This document shows positions 23,388-31,717 of a stretch of DNA of 32,000 nt, in pieces. The notes beneath the pieces were generated by a model. It saw only the letters and a program-made list of their open reading frames with translations, did not search any database and was not told the DNA's origin. The position numbers and the translations under genes were made by a program. How positions within the stretch are numbered: position 1 is the first letter of the stretch; each line of letters starts with the position of its first letter. Where the stretch lies: contig JBEKXS010000001.1 of NCBI GenBank assembly GCA_049511795.1, positions 150,001-182,000 on the forward strand. Reading direction: 5' to 3'. Source of the DNA: Candidatus Saccharimonadota bacterium (lineage in GTDB: Archaea; Nanobdellota; Nanobdellia; Pacearchaeales; GW2011-AR1).

Positions 23388-24548
23388 TTAAACTGCGAAA
23401 ATTTTTTTTGTTTCTTCCATTAATCTTATTGTGAAATTCTCAACTGTTTCTCCGTCCTGTTTTTCAATTGAGAATGCATTCATTATCTGCGAAATCAGGC
23501 GGTTGAAAATTGAAGGATTCTGCTCTGAATATTTCTTTATTGATTCTTCCTCTATGTTTTCTGTTTCCTGGATTTCTGTTTCAAGTCCTGTTTCTTTCAT
23601 CTTAAGGTCATGCGTATTTCTCAAAAGGAAATAAGCTCCTTTCTTTTTCATGGATTCTTCTATTTGCAGGAATTTTATGTCAGATGTTTTTCCATTTTCC
23701 AAAAGGCCGTGAAGTCTTAAAAGAACAACTTTGTCCTTGACATCATGTTTCTCTAATTCTGAAAGTATTTGCTCTGTTGCCCTGAGTGTGTTCTTTATTT
23801 CAATGTCAAGTGAAACAACATCTCTAATCTTAAGGTCAACACGCTTCATTGGCTTGTCAAGTTTTGTATCAACAATGTAAAATCTCCCATACTGCAAATC
23901 TTCAAGCTCCTGGAAATTATTTGGAAATACAGGACCAGGATAAACAAAATTTTCATATTGGAAATCAATGTGCAAGTGCCCCAGTGCATAATAATCTGCT
24001 TTTGGCAGATTGGCTGTTTCAATTGCGTCAATTGGCAAATCTCCTTTTGCTTTGTCTATTGTTGTGTGAAGCATGAAAATTTTAAACAAACCAGGCGCAT
24101 CATCAAACTGTGATCTCCTAAGGTCTTCAACTTCAAGACCAGATGTTTTTCCAGGATATCCATAAATTGCAACACCCTTGTAAATAGTAGGGATTAAAAT
24201 TAATTTCCCATTTCTTTCTTCAAATACCGCGACATTTTTTGCAAATCCTGCTTTTTCCAAAACATCAAGGAAAGTTTTTCCAGATACAGAGTAATCATGA
24301 CTGCCTGCAATCAGAAAGCAAGGAATTCCTGCATCTTTCAGTTTTTTGAACTCTGCAAATGTTTCTTTAAGAACATCAATTGGGGGAAATGCGGTATCAA
24401 AAAGGTCTCCTGCTATTATTATGAATTCAACTTTCTCTTTTATGCATATTTCAACAGCTTTTTTAAAGGATTGTAAGTTAAGTTCTTGAAGCGGTTGCTG
24501 TTTCCAGCCACCTAAATGCACGTCTGCTATATGCGCAAATTTCACCAT
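23388..24548 (-). CDS. mre11: Mre11 nuclease
   Basis: Calcineurin-like phosphoesterase motifs FAHIADVHLGG, IIAGDLFD, AGSHDY, MLHTT and GHLH. The stop lies 1 nt before the rad50 ATG (TAAAATG). Confidence 0.9.
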   Translation of the reverse strand: MVKFAHIADVHLGGWKQQPLQELNLQSFKKAVEICIKEKVEFIIIAGDLFDTAFPPIDVLKETFAEFKKLKDAGIPCFLIAGSHDYSVSGKTFLDVLEKAGFAKNVAVFEERNGKLILIPTIYKGVAIYGYPGKTSGLEVEDLRRSQFDDAPGLFKIFMLHTTIDKAKGDLPIDAIETANLPKADYYALGHLHIDFQYENFVYPGPVFPNNFQELEDLQYGRFYIVDTKLDKPMKRVDLKIRDVVSLDIEIKNTLRATEQILSELEKHDVKDKVVLLRLHGLLENGKTSDIKFLQIEESMKKKGAYFLLRNTHDLKMKETGLETEIQETENIEEESIKKYSEQNPSIFNRLISQIMNAFSIEKQDGETVENFTIRLMEETKKIFAV

Positions 24549-24588
24549 TTTTTTATTGCAAGCTTCCAGAATTTAAAGCAATCAAGAA

Positions 24589-24598
24589 CTATATAAAA
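24589..24598 (-). promoter_or_regulatory. TATA box for the mre11-rad50 operon
   Basis: Minus strand reads ttttatatag, 41-50 nt upstream of ATG 24548. Confidence 0.4.
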
Positions 24599-24609
24599 TT
24601 GATTGTGAT

Positions 24610-25053
24610 TTAAAACAACGCTCTCCAAAATCCGCCCAAAAGGCTTGAAATTTGGTTCTTGAATATTATTAATGCAGCGAGAACACCGAGAAGAAGGACG
24701 AGAAAAACCACAAGGACAATTGTTATAACAGTGCTTGAGCTTTTTGGTTTTTTTGCAGGTGTTCCATAATTTGAAACTCTCTGGACAACCTGAGGAATTT
24801 GCTGCACAAGAGGTTTTATAGGCTGTTGTGTAAGACTGCCCTGAGTAGGCTGAGGATTTTGTTTTGGAACTGTCTGTGCCTGCTGGATTGCCGCATAAGC
24901 CTGTGGAGAAAGTGGCTGATTTATTGATGCAGCAGCTTCTTCTATATCTTCCTGCTTATAACCTGAATTGTAAAAAGTTGCCATTGCATGTTCCAATGGT
25001 TCTCCTTTAGAAACAGCGAGCCTCAAACCCTCGATAAGCTCCTCTTTTACCAT
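24610..25053 (-). CDS. Tail-anchored membrane protein with an N-terminal small helical domain and a P/Q-rich linker
   Basis: N-terminus LAVSKGEPLEHAMATFYNSGYKQEDIEEAA, a Q/P-rich linker and a C-terminal TM VITIVLVVFLVLLLGVLAALIIF. No family named. Confidence 0.55.
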   Translation of the reverse strand: MVKEELIEGLRLAVSKGEPLEHAMATFYNSGYKQEDIEEAAASINQPLSPQAYAAIQQAQTVPKQNPQPTQGSLTQQPIKPLVQQIPQVVQRVSNYGTPAKKPKSSSTVITIVLVVFLVLLLGVLAALIIFKNQISSLLGGFWRALF

Positions 25054-25089
25054 TTTTATATTAAGAAGAAGAGATTTAAAAAATGCTCG

Positions 25090-26439
25090 TTAATCAAATT
25101 CCAAAATTTTTCCATTGGGAGACAAGTGGGAAGTTTCCCCGAATTTGTAGCCAAGCTCTCCTGCAAGCTCTATCAATGGAGTTTCCTGCTGAAGTTTTCC
25201 ATGCGCAGGAATCAAGTGCTGAGGCTTAAGAATTTTAATCAAGTCTCTCATATCTTCTCTTCCGCCGTGACCTGAAACGTGAACATCTGTCTGGATTCTT
25301 ACGCCTTTTTTTCTAAGCTTTTTGTCCATCCTGTCTCTTGCATTTATGTTAACAGGGTCTGGAATAACACTTGAAGAAAATATTATGTTGTCCCCTTCCC
25401 TAAGCTTGAAAGGCGTTTCATCTTTTACAATTCTGTCAAGAATAGAACCAGGCTCTGCCTGATGTCCTGTGCAGACAATAAGATATTTTCCTCTTTCCTT
25501 GTCAACTTTTTTCAGCATTGCATCAACCTGCTTTCTGTATTTTACCATAATAAAATCTTTTCTGAAAGGGCACTGGCCAACTTTTATTGCTGCGTTTGTG
25601 TATTTGTAAAGGCTTCTTCCGACAAAAACTATTTTTCTTCCTGTTTTTTTGCCGAAATCAACAATACTTTTCAATCTTGAAATATGAGAGGAGAAAGTTG
25701 TTGCAATCATTGCAGAATTCCTGTCCCTTACAGAGAAAATTGCATCTTCAACCATGTTTCTTGCAATTCTTTCGCTTGGTGTTTTTCTTTCTGTGCCTGA
25801 ATAAAGAGAATCAAGGACAAGAACCTTAACTCCTTTTCTTCCAAGCTCCCTGAGCTTGTTGTATCTTGGAGGGTCTCCGATTACAGGATAATTGTCAAAC
25901 TTGAAATCAAGAGCGTAAAAAAATGTTCCTTCAGAAGTGTGCATTGCAATAAAAACGCACTGCAAAGTTGAGTGTGTTGTGTGAATAAATTCAAGTCTTA
26001 TAGGGCCTGATTTTCCGTTAAGAACATATGTTGAATCCTCTTTCACAATTCTTCTTTTGTTTCTCACAACAATTTTTTCTCCTTCCAGAAGCTCGTCAAA
26101 AACAGCCATTGTGAAGGGTGTTGCAATTATTTCTGCCTTAGGATATCTATGCGCAAGATAAGGCAATGCGCCCAAATGGTCAAGATGCGCATGTCCTATG
26201 ATTATTGCCCTGACTTTGTCTGTCCAACCATGCTTGTCAAGAACAGTGTCATCTGGAAGAGCGCCAATTCTTCTCAAATCTTTTTCATTGTAAATGCTTT
26301 CATGGGTTTCTTCTTCCTGTATTTCTATTATTGAAGGCAAGTAAATTCCAGCATCAAAAATTATGACATCGTCTTTAACTTTCACAGCAGTCATGTTTTT
26401 TCCGACTTGCTCAAATCCGCCAACAGTACATACTTCCAT
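25090..26439 (-). CDS. rnj: Archaeal RNase J-like beta-CASP ribonuclease
   Basis: HxHxDH IIGHAHLDHLG, beta-CASP organisation, no KH domains, about 450 aa. ATG 26439 (MEVCTVGGFEQVGKNM) is preferred to the TTG at 26490 used by the ORF track. Confidence 0.85.
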   Translation of the reverse strand: MEVCTVGGFEQVGKNMTAVKVKDDVIIFDAGIYLPSIIEIQEEETHESIYNEKDLRRIGALPDDTVLDKHGWTDKVRAIIIGHAHLDHLGALPYLAHRYPKAEIIATPFTMAVFDELLEGEKIVVRNKRRIVKEDSTYVLNGKSGPIRLEFIHTTHSTLQCVFIAMHTSEGTFFYALDFKFDNYPVIGDPPRYNKLRELGRKGVKVLVLDSLYSGTERKTPSERIARNMVEDAIFSVRDRNSAMIATTFSSHISRLKSIVDFGKKTGRKIVFVGRSLYKYTNAAIKVGQCPFRKDFIMVKYRKQVDAMLKKVDKERGKYLIVCTGHQAEPGSILDRIVKDETPFKLREGDNIIFSSSVIPDPVNINARDRMDKKLRKKGVRIQTDVHVSGHGGREDMRDLIKILKPQHLIPAHGKLQQETPLIELAGELGYKFGETSHLSPNGKILEFD

Positions 26440-26524
26440 TTTTATTTCTGAAAAAATAAAGCCAATATGGTTTAAAAAACTATAGAACAATAATCCTTAA
26501 ATAGAAAATAAACAGCGGGTTTTC
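26440..26524. promoter_or_regulatory. Divergent promoter region (RNase J leftward, 108-aa ORF rightward)
   Basis: ttaaatag at 26497-26504 is about 25 nt before ATG 26525. On the minus strand, gttttttaaacc (plus about 26468-26480) is about 30-40 nt before ATG 26439. Confidence 0.4.
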
Positions 26525-26851
26525 ATGGAAAAATATACTGCCAGAGATGGTTTGGATATTTTAAGATACCTTAAACTTGATAGATTAAATGATTCACAAA
26601 CCAAAATTTTTACTGAGATGTGGAATGAAATATACAGACACTTTAAAAATCCCTTGCTGGCAGCAAGGATTCTTTACTCAAAGGTGCTCCCATATGCTGA
26701 TGACAGCGAATATGCCAACCAAACTTCTGATTCAAGAGACAGAGAATTTGTTGATAAGGTTAAAGCCTGTGAATTAGAGGGGATTTTAAAAACAGGTGGG
26801 CTAAAAGAGGCATTAAAATTTTCTAAGAGACGAAGGTTCCCTAATTCTTGA
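26525..26851 (+). CDS. Hypothetical protein (108 aa) heading the exosome superoperon
   Basis: ORF with leaderless-type TATA spacing. No motif recognised. It occupies the slot upstream of Pop5. Confidence 0.45.
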   Translation: MEKYTARDGLDILRYLKLDRLNDSQTKIFTEMWNEIYRHFKNPLLAARILYSKVLPYADDSEYANQTSDSRDREFVDKVKACELEGILKTGGLKEALKFSKRRRFPNS

Positions 26852-26888
26852 TTGAAAAGTATAAAAATAGCCTCTGCTTTCTTCAGAT

Positions 26889-27152
26889 ATGAAATCCTTG
26901 AAGCCAAGCATGCGCGAGAAAAAAAGATATCTTCTTCTGAAAGGCAGCAATCTTAAGGCAAATGTGAAAAGGGCAATTCTTGAAGGAATAGGTGCAATCG
27001 GCATGTCAAAAACAGGTTTTTCTTGGATTAAAGACGATGTTATTGCGATAAACAGGGGAAGCTTAAATGAAGTAAGGGCTTGCTTTGCCATTTTTCCAGA
27101 GAAAATAGATGTTCTTCTTGTTTCTGGTAGCCTAAAGAAGCTTAGGAAATAA
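26889..27152 (+). CDS. rnp2: RNase P protein component Pop5 (Rnp2), miniaturised (87 aa)
   Basis: LKPSMREKKRYLLLKG at the N-terminus and VSGSLKKLRK at the C-terminus match the ends of archaeal Pop5 proteins. It sits in the canonical position just upstream of psmA. Confidence 0.7.
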   Translation: MKSLKPSMREKKRYLLLKGSNLKANVKRAILEGIGAIGMSKTGFSWIKDDVIAINRGSLNEVRACFAIFPEKIDVLLVSGSLKKLRK

Positions 27153-27189
27153 AATAGAAAACTGCACCAAAAACCTTTTAAATATCAGG

Positions 27190-27196
27190 TTTTTTT
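27190..27196 (+). terminator. Oligo-T tract (T7), candidate archaeal terminator after Pop5
   Basis: A run of 7 T lies 38 nt after the Pop5 stop. A TATA-like aaattattatac (27228-27239) follows, about 25 nt before the psmA ATG. Confidence 0.3.
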
Positions 27197-27258
27197 ATCT
27201 CTTGGTCGAGAAGATAAAAAGGAAGTTAAATTATTATACGCTTCTCTAAAATTAGAAA

Positions 27259-27984
27259 ATGGATATGCCAATAGACATGCAGCATCAGGCAATGGGTTAT
27301 GACCGTACTGCCACTATGTTTTCACCTGAGGGAACTATACTTCAGGTTGAATATGCGCAGAAAACGGTAAGACTAGGCAGCGCAAGCATAGGGATGATTT
27401 GCTCTGATGGAGTATTTATTGTTGCTGACAAAAGAGTAAAGGACAAACTTATTATCCAAAAATCAGCAAACAAAATCTTTGAAATTGATTCTCACCTTTT
27501 TGTAAGCGCTGCAGGAATTGTTTCAGATGCGCGTGTTTTGATTGAAAAAGCACAGCTAGTTGCGCAGCAGCACAGAATTACCTATGATTCACCAATAGAG
27601 CCTGAATTAGTAGTAAAAGAAATGTCAAACATGAAACAGCAGTTCACCCAATATGGGGGTGCAAGACCTTTCGGTGTTTCGCTCATGGTGGCTGGACTTA
27701 GAGGAAAGAGGCCGGAATTGTACACAAGCGACGTGACTGGAAATTATTTCTCATATCATGCAAATGCCATAGGTGAAAACGACGAGAAAATAAAAGAAAA
27801 ATTAAGGGAAATATACAAGCCTGAATTGACAGTAAAGAAAGGAGTCAAGCTGGCTCTTGATATTTTCAAAGAGGTTCAGGGAAAAAGTTTTGACCTCGAA
27901 AGATTCGAGATGGTTTACATCTTGAATGCCGAAGGACAGCTCCAAAAGGTGAATGAAGAACAGTTGAAGGAGTTTATCAAGTAA
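27259..27984 (+). CDS. psmA: Proteasome subunit alpha
   Basis: GYDRTATMFSPEGTILQVEYAQKTV is the hallmark alpha-subunit N-terminus. Alternative in-frame ATGs occur at 27265 and 27277. Confidence 0.92.
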   Translation: MDMPIDMQHQAMGYDRTATMFSPEGTILQVEYAQKTVRLGSASIGMICSDGVFIVADKRVKDKLIIQKSANKIFEIDSHLFVSAAGIVSDARVLIEKAQLVAQQHRITYDSPIEPELVVKEMSNMKQQFTQYGGARPFGVSLMVAGLRGKRPELYTSDVTGNYFSYHANAIGENDEKIKEKLREIYKPELTVKKGVKLALDIFKEVQGKSFDLERFEMVYILNAEGQLQKVNEEQLKEFIK

Positions 27985-27987
27985 GCA

Positions 27988-28668
27988 ATGACACAGACAA
28001 TAGCAAGAATAAAACAGGCAGGAAAGAATTTCGAGATTATTGTTGATTTGGACAACGCGCTTAAGTTCAAAAAAGGACTTTCCAATTCAGTAAATTTCCT
28101 AGATGTTGACGACGCTGTTTTCACTGATTCAAAAAAGGGCTTGAAGGCTTCTGAAAAAGACCTTACATCTGCTTTCGGGACAGTAGATATCAATACAGTT
28201 GCTGCAAAAATAGTCAAGAGTGGTGAAATTCTTTTAACACAGGAACATAGAGATGATGAAAGGGATAGAAGAATTAAGCAGGTTATTGATTTCATAAGAG
28301 TTAATGCAATAGACCCTAAGACAGGAAATCCATACACTCCTGAAAGAATAAAAACAGCGCTTGATGAGGCTCATGTAAACATAAAAAACATACCTGTTGA
28401 ACAGCAGACAAAAGAAATTGTTGAAAAATTAAGCGTAGTTCTTCCATTGAAATTCTCAACAAAGAAAATAAAAATTACTGTGCCAGCAATACACACTGGA
28501 AAAGCTTACGGAATTCTCAGCCAATACAAGGAAAGCGAGAACTGGCTTGGAAACGGCGACCTTGAAATCATTGTAAACATTCCCTCTGGATTTTTGATGG
28601 AATTTTATGACAAATTAAATTCAATAACGCACGGAAGCGCGCTGACAGAAGAGGTAAATGAGAAGTAA
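27988..28668 (+). CDS. sdo1: SBDS / Sdo1 family ribosome maturation protein
   Basis: N-terminal FYSH-type region IARIKQAGKNFEIIVDLDNALKFKKG. Length 226 aa. It sits in the canonical position between psmA and rrp4. Confidence 0.85.
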   Translation: MTQTIARIKQAGKNFEIIVDLDNALKFKKGLSNSVNFLDVDDAVFTDSKKGLKASEKDLTSAFGTVDINTVAAKIVKSGEILLTQEHRDDERDRRIKQVIDFIRVNAIDPKTGNPYTPERIKTALDEAHVNIKNIPVEQQTKEIVEKLSVVLPLKFSTKKIKITVPAIHTGKAYGILSQYKESENWLGNGDLEIIVNIPSGFLMEFYDKLNSITHGSALTEEVNEK

Positions 28669-28669
28669 A

Positions 28670-28867
28670 ATGAGATTTAAACCAGAAGTTTTAAAAGAGT
28701 GGGCAAATATGAGTTTAAGTGCGATAGCCGGTTCTAATGAACAGGCATTTACTGATTATACAAAAGTAAAAAAATTATCAAAATATATGTTAAGACATCA
28801 AGAAGATTCAAAGAAAGACAGCGAATTGACATTAATAGTAACTAAATTAGGACTATTAACAAGATAA
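28670..28867 (+). CDS. Small hypothetical protein (65 aa from ATG 28670; 69 aa from ATG 28658) inserted between SBDS and rrp4
   Basis: The ORF exactly fills the slot, with TAAAATG junctions at both ends (28666-28672 and 28865-28871). No family recognised. Leu codons are mostly TTA, whereas rrp4 uses mostly CTT. Confidence 0.45.
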   Translation: MRFKPEVLKEWANMSLSAIAGSNEQAFTDYTKVKKLSKYMLRHQEDSKKDSELTLIVTKLGLLTR

Positions 28868-28868
28868 A

Positions 28869-29570
28869 ATGGAAAGAAAAGTCGTAATACCCGGAGAAGT
28901 CATCATTTCAGGAGAAGAATATCTTCCTGGAGAAGGGGTTGAAAAAAAAGGAAATGACATTGTAGCTATAAAATACGGACTTGCAGAAGAAGCTGCAAGG
29001 CTTGTAAAAGTAATTGCACTTTCAGGAGTTTACCAGCCAAGAAGGGGCAATGTTGTCATAGGAAAAGTTGAAAACGTGACATTCAATGGCTGGATGGTTG
29101 ACATTGACTGCCCAATAGGTGCATTTCTTCCTGTTTCAGAAACTCCAAGATATGTAAGCAAAGACAGGATGACAGAAGTTCTTGACATAAATGATATGTT
29201 TGTATCTAAAATTATGGGAGTAAATGGCAGAGGAATTGATTTGACAATCAACATGCGTGGTCTTGGAAAGATTGACGAAGGAATAATTGTAAAAATAAAT
29301 TCAAACAAGGTTCCTCGTGTTATCGGAAAAGAAGGAAGCATGATAAATTTAATCAAAAAAGAAACAGGATGCAATGTAACTGTCGGACAAAACGGATTAA
29401 TCTGGATAAAGGGAGACAAAATCGAGGACGAACTTCATGTAAGAGATGCAATAACATTCATAACAGAAAAATCATTCACTCATGGATTGACAGAAGAAGT
29501 TGAGAAATGGTTTGAGAAAAACAAGAAAGGAGAAAAGAAAAAAGTGGAAAAAGAAGGAGACGAAGAATAA
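28869..29570 (+). CDS. rrp4: Exosome cap subunit Rrp4 (N-terminal domain, S1 and KH)
   Basis: S1 region GNVVIGKVENVTFNGWMVDI, KH region VPRVIGKEGSMINLIKKETGCNV and a Lys/Glu-rich tail. Confidence 0.88.
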   Translation: MERKVVIPGEVIISGEEYLPGEGVEKKGNDIVAIKYGLAEEAARLVKVIALSGVYQPRRGNVVIGKVENVTFNGWMVDIDCPIGAFLPVSETPRYVSKDRMTEVLDINDMFVSKIMGVNGRGIDLTINMRGLGKIDEGIIVKINSNKVPRVIGKEGSMINLIKKETGCNVTVGQNGLIWIKGDKIEDELHVRDAITFITEKSFTHGLTEEVEKWFEKNKKGEKKKVEKEGDEE

Positions 29571-29571
29571 A

Positions 29572-30276
29572 ATGACAACAAAAGCATTCAAAAGACCTGA
29601 CGGAAGAGAACTTGACGAAACAAGAAAAATGACTGCAAAAGTCGGAGTTGTTCCAAATGCAGATGGAAGCGCGATGTTTTCATTCGGAGACACAATTGCG
29701 ATTGCAGCTGTTTACGGTCCAAGAAAAATGCATCCTCAGCATTCACAAGACCCTGAAAAGGGAACATTGAGATGCAATTACAACATGTTCAGCTTTTCTG
29801 TTGCAGAAAGGGCAAGGCCTGGACCAAATAGAAGAAGCATGGAAATCAGCAAAGTTACTGAATGGGCGCTCGAACCTATTGTGATGATTGACCAATATCA
29901 AAACATGGTAATTGATGTTCACATAAGCATTCTACAGGCAAATGCATCAACAAGATGCGCTGGAATAAATGCAGCTGCTCTTGCTTTGGCTCATGCAGGA
30001 ATACCAATGAAAGGCTTGGTTTCTAGTGTTTCAATCGGAAAACTTGACAAGACTCTTGTTGTTGACTTGATAAAAGATGAAGAAGACTGGGAAGAAGGAG
30101 AAGGCGCAACAGACATCCCAATAACATTAACTAGCGATGGAAAAATAACGCACATGCAGCTTGATGGAAAGATAACAGGAAAAGAATTGAAGGAAGCGCT
30201 ACAGCTTGCAAAGAAGGCAAACAAGGAAGTTTATGAAGTTCAGAAAAAAGCATTGAAGGAGAGCATAAAATTTTAA
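29572..30276 (+). CDS. rrp41: Exosome RNase PH subunit Rrp41
   Basis: RPDGRELDETRKMTAKVGVVPNADGSAMFSFGDTIAIAAVYGP. ATG 29572 lies 1 nt after the rrp4 stop. The 29500 start in the ORF track would overlap rrp4 by 71 nt and adds only a Lys-rich extension. Confidence 0.9.
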   Translation: MTTKAFKRPDGRELDETRKMTAKVGVVPNADGSAMFSFGDTIAIAAVYGPRKMHPQHSQDPEKGTLRCNYNMFSFSVAERARPGPNRRSMEISKVTEWALEPIVMIDQYQNMVIDVHISILQANASTRCAGINAAALALAHAGIPMKGLVSSVSIGKLDKTLVVDLIKDEEDWEEGEGATDIPITLTSDGKITHMQLDGKITGKELKEALQLAKKANKEVYEVQKKALKESIKF

Positions 30277-30289
30277 ATTAAAATAAAAA

Positions 30290-31090
30290 ATGGAAACATC
30301 AAAAATAACAGGCGATAGAATAAGAAAATATTTGGGCGAAGGAAAAAGATTTGATTCAAGAAAGCCAGACGAATTCAGAGAGATTTCAATAGAAACAGGA
30401 GTTTCAAAAAAAGCAGAAGGTTCTGCTAAAGTGAAAATAGGAAAAACAGAAGTCATTGTCGGAGTAAAACTTGATGTTATGGAACCTTATACTGACTCAC
30501 CTGACAAGGGAAATTTGACTGTAAGCGCTGAATTAACACCAATGAGTTCTGAAAGATTTGAAAGCGGACCTCCAAAATTCCCTGCTGTTGAACTTGGAAG
30601 ATTGACAGACAGGACAATAAGAGAAAGCAAATTCATTGAAATGGAAAAATTGTGCATAAAAGAAGGGGAAAAAGTCTGGGGAATTTATGTTGACATATAC
30701 ACACTAAATGACGACGGAAACCTTATTGATGCTGCAGAAATAGCAGCTGTTGCTGCGCTAAAAACAGCAAAAATGCCAAAATATGACAAAGAAACAGGAA
30801 AAGTTCTTTTCGGCGAATGGACAGATGAAAAAGTTCCTGTTAAGAAAGAGCCACCAATAACAATAACAGCACATAAAATAGGAAACTCATGGCTTGTTGA
30901 TCCAACACAGGAAGAGGAAGATGTATCTGAAGCAAGAGTAACAATTGGAGCAACAGCTGAAGGAGTTATTTCATCTCTTCAGAAGGGAGAATCAAAGGAA
31001 ATCAGTATTGAAGAATTCGGGGAAGTTATAGACATGACTGAAAAAGTCAGAAAGAAAGTTTTTTCAACAGTGGAGAAGTTGTTAAAGTAA
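30290..31090 (+). CDS. rrp42: Exosome RNase PH-like subunit Rrp42
   Basis: RFDSRKPDEFREISIETGVSKKAEGSAKVKIGKTEVIVGVK. Length 266 aa. It follows rrp41 as in other archaea. Confidence 0.88.
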   Translation: METSKITGDRIRKYLGEGKRFDSRKPDEFREISIETGVSKKAEGSAKVKIGKTEVIVGVKLDVMEPYTDSPDKGNLTVSAELTPMSSERFESGPPKFPAVELGRLTDRTIRESKFIEMEKLCIKEGEKVWGIYVDIYTLNDDGNLIDAAEIAAVAALKTAKMPKYDKETGKVLFGEWTDEKVPVKKEPPITITAHKIGNSWLVDPTQEEEDVSEARVTIGATAEGVISSLQKGESKEISIEEFGEVIDMTEKVRKKVFSTVEKLLK

Positions 31091-31091
31091 G

Positions 31092-31322
31092 ATGACATCG
31101 CTAGAAATATCTTTGGTTGAGCCGGGATTATTTGGTAGAGAAGATTTAGTTGAAAAAAGATATGTAGAAATAAAGTTAAATGAAGCAGAAACACCAAAAG
31201 GGTGGAGAAGCTGGGCAAGAAAATTATATGACAGCAAGTATAGTAAAGCAATACTGGAATATTTTAAGGGAATAAAACAAAAAACAGGTTTTAAAAGAAT
31301 AGTTCAGACGTTTTACGATTAA
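31092..31322 (+). CDS. Small hypothetical protein (76 aa) inserted between rrp42 and rpoK
   Basis: The ORF exactly fills the slot (TAAGATG at 31088-31094 and TAAAATG at 31320-31326). It has no Cys, so it is not L37Ae or RpoP. No family recognised. Confidence 0.45.
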   Translation: MTSLEISLVEPGLFGREDLVEKRYVEIKLNEAETPKGWRSWARKLYDSKYSKAILEYFKGIKQKTGFKRIVQTFYD

Positions 31323-31323
31323 A

Positions 31324-31716
31324 ATGCAAGAAGAAAAAACACCGGAGAAATTCACAAAATATGAAATTGCAAGAATTTTGGGAGCAAGAGCCCTGCAGAT
31401 TGCAATGAATGCACCTTTGCTGATAAAGCTTAGCAAGGAAGACCTTGAAAAAATAAAATATGATCCTATAAAAATTGCAGAGATAGAATTGGAATCAAAT
31501 GTTCTGCCTATTTCTGTAAAGAAGCCTTTCCCAGGGAAGAAAGAAGATGTTTTGAGAAGACCAAAAGAACAGAAAGTTACTGACGAAAAAGTCGAGGAAA
31601 AAGAGGCTGCAGAAGAGGGAGAAATCGCAAACGAAGGAGAAATAATGACTCTTGTAAACCCAGAAGAAGAAGCAGAAGAGGAAGCTCCTGAGGAAGAAGG
31701 AGGAGCAGAAGAGTAA
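31324..31716 (+). CDS. rpoK: DNA-directed RNA polymerase subunit K (Rpo6) with a long acidic C-terminal extension
   Basis: Core TKYEIARILGARALQIAMNAPLL, followed by an acidic tail of about 55-60 aa (EKVEEKEAAEEGEIANEGE...EEEAEEEAPEEEGGAEE). Confidence 0.85.
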   Translation: MQEEKTPEKFTKYEIARILGARALQIAMNAPLLIKLSKEDLEKIKYDPIKIAEIELESNVLPISVKKPFPGKKEDVLRRPKEQKVTDEKVEEKEAAEEGEIANEGEIMTLVNPEEEAEEEAPEEEGGAEE

Positions 31717-31717
31717 A

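Noticed and set aside
26525-26851. The 108-aa ORF upstream of Pop5 as RNase P subunit Rpp30.
   Set aside because: It is roughly half the expected length and I see no Rpp30-like TIM-barrel motifs. Position alone is insufficient.
28669-28868. C/D-box sRNA or another ncRNA hidden in the two small-ORF slots of the exosome operon (28669-28868 and 31091-31323).
   Set aside because: There is no proper C box (RUGAUGA) paired with a D box (CUGA) at the right spacing, and the aagatga at 31089 has a mismatch. Stop-free frames that exactly fill each slot favour protein coding. RNA-seq could revisit this.
31092-31322. The 76-aa ORF as ribosomal protein L37Ae or RpoP, which usually follow rrp42.
   Set aside because: Both are Cys4 zinc-ribbon proteins. 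This ORF has no Cys and no resemblance to either.
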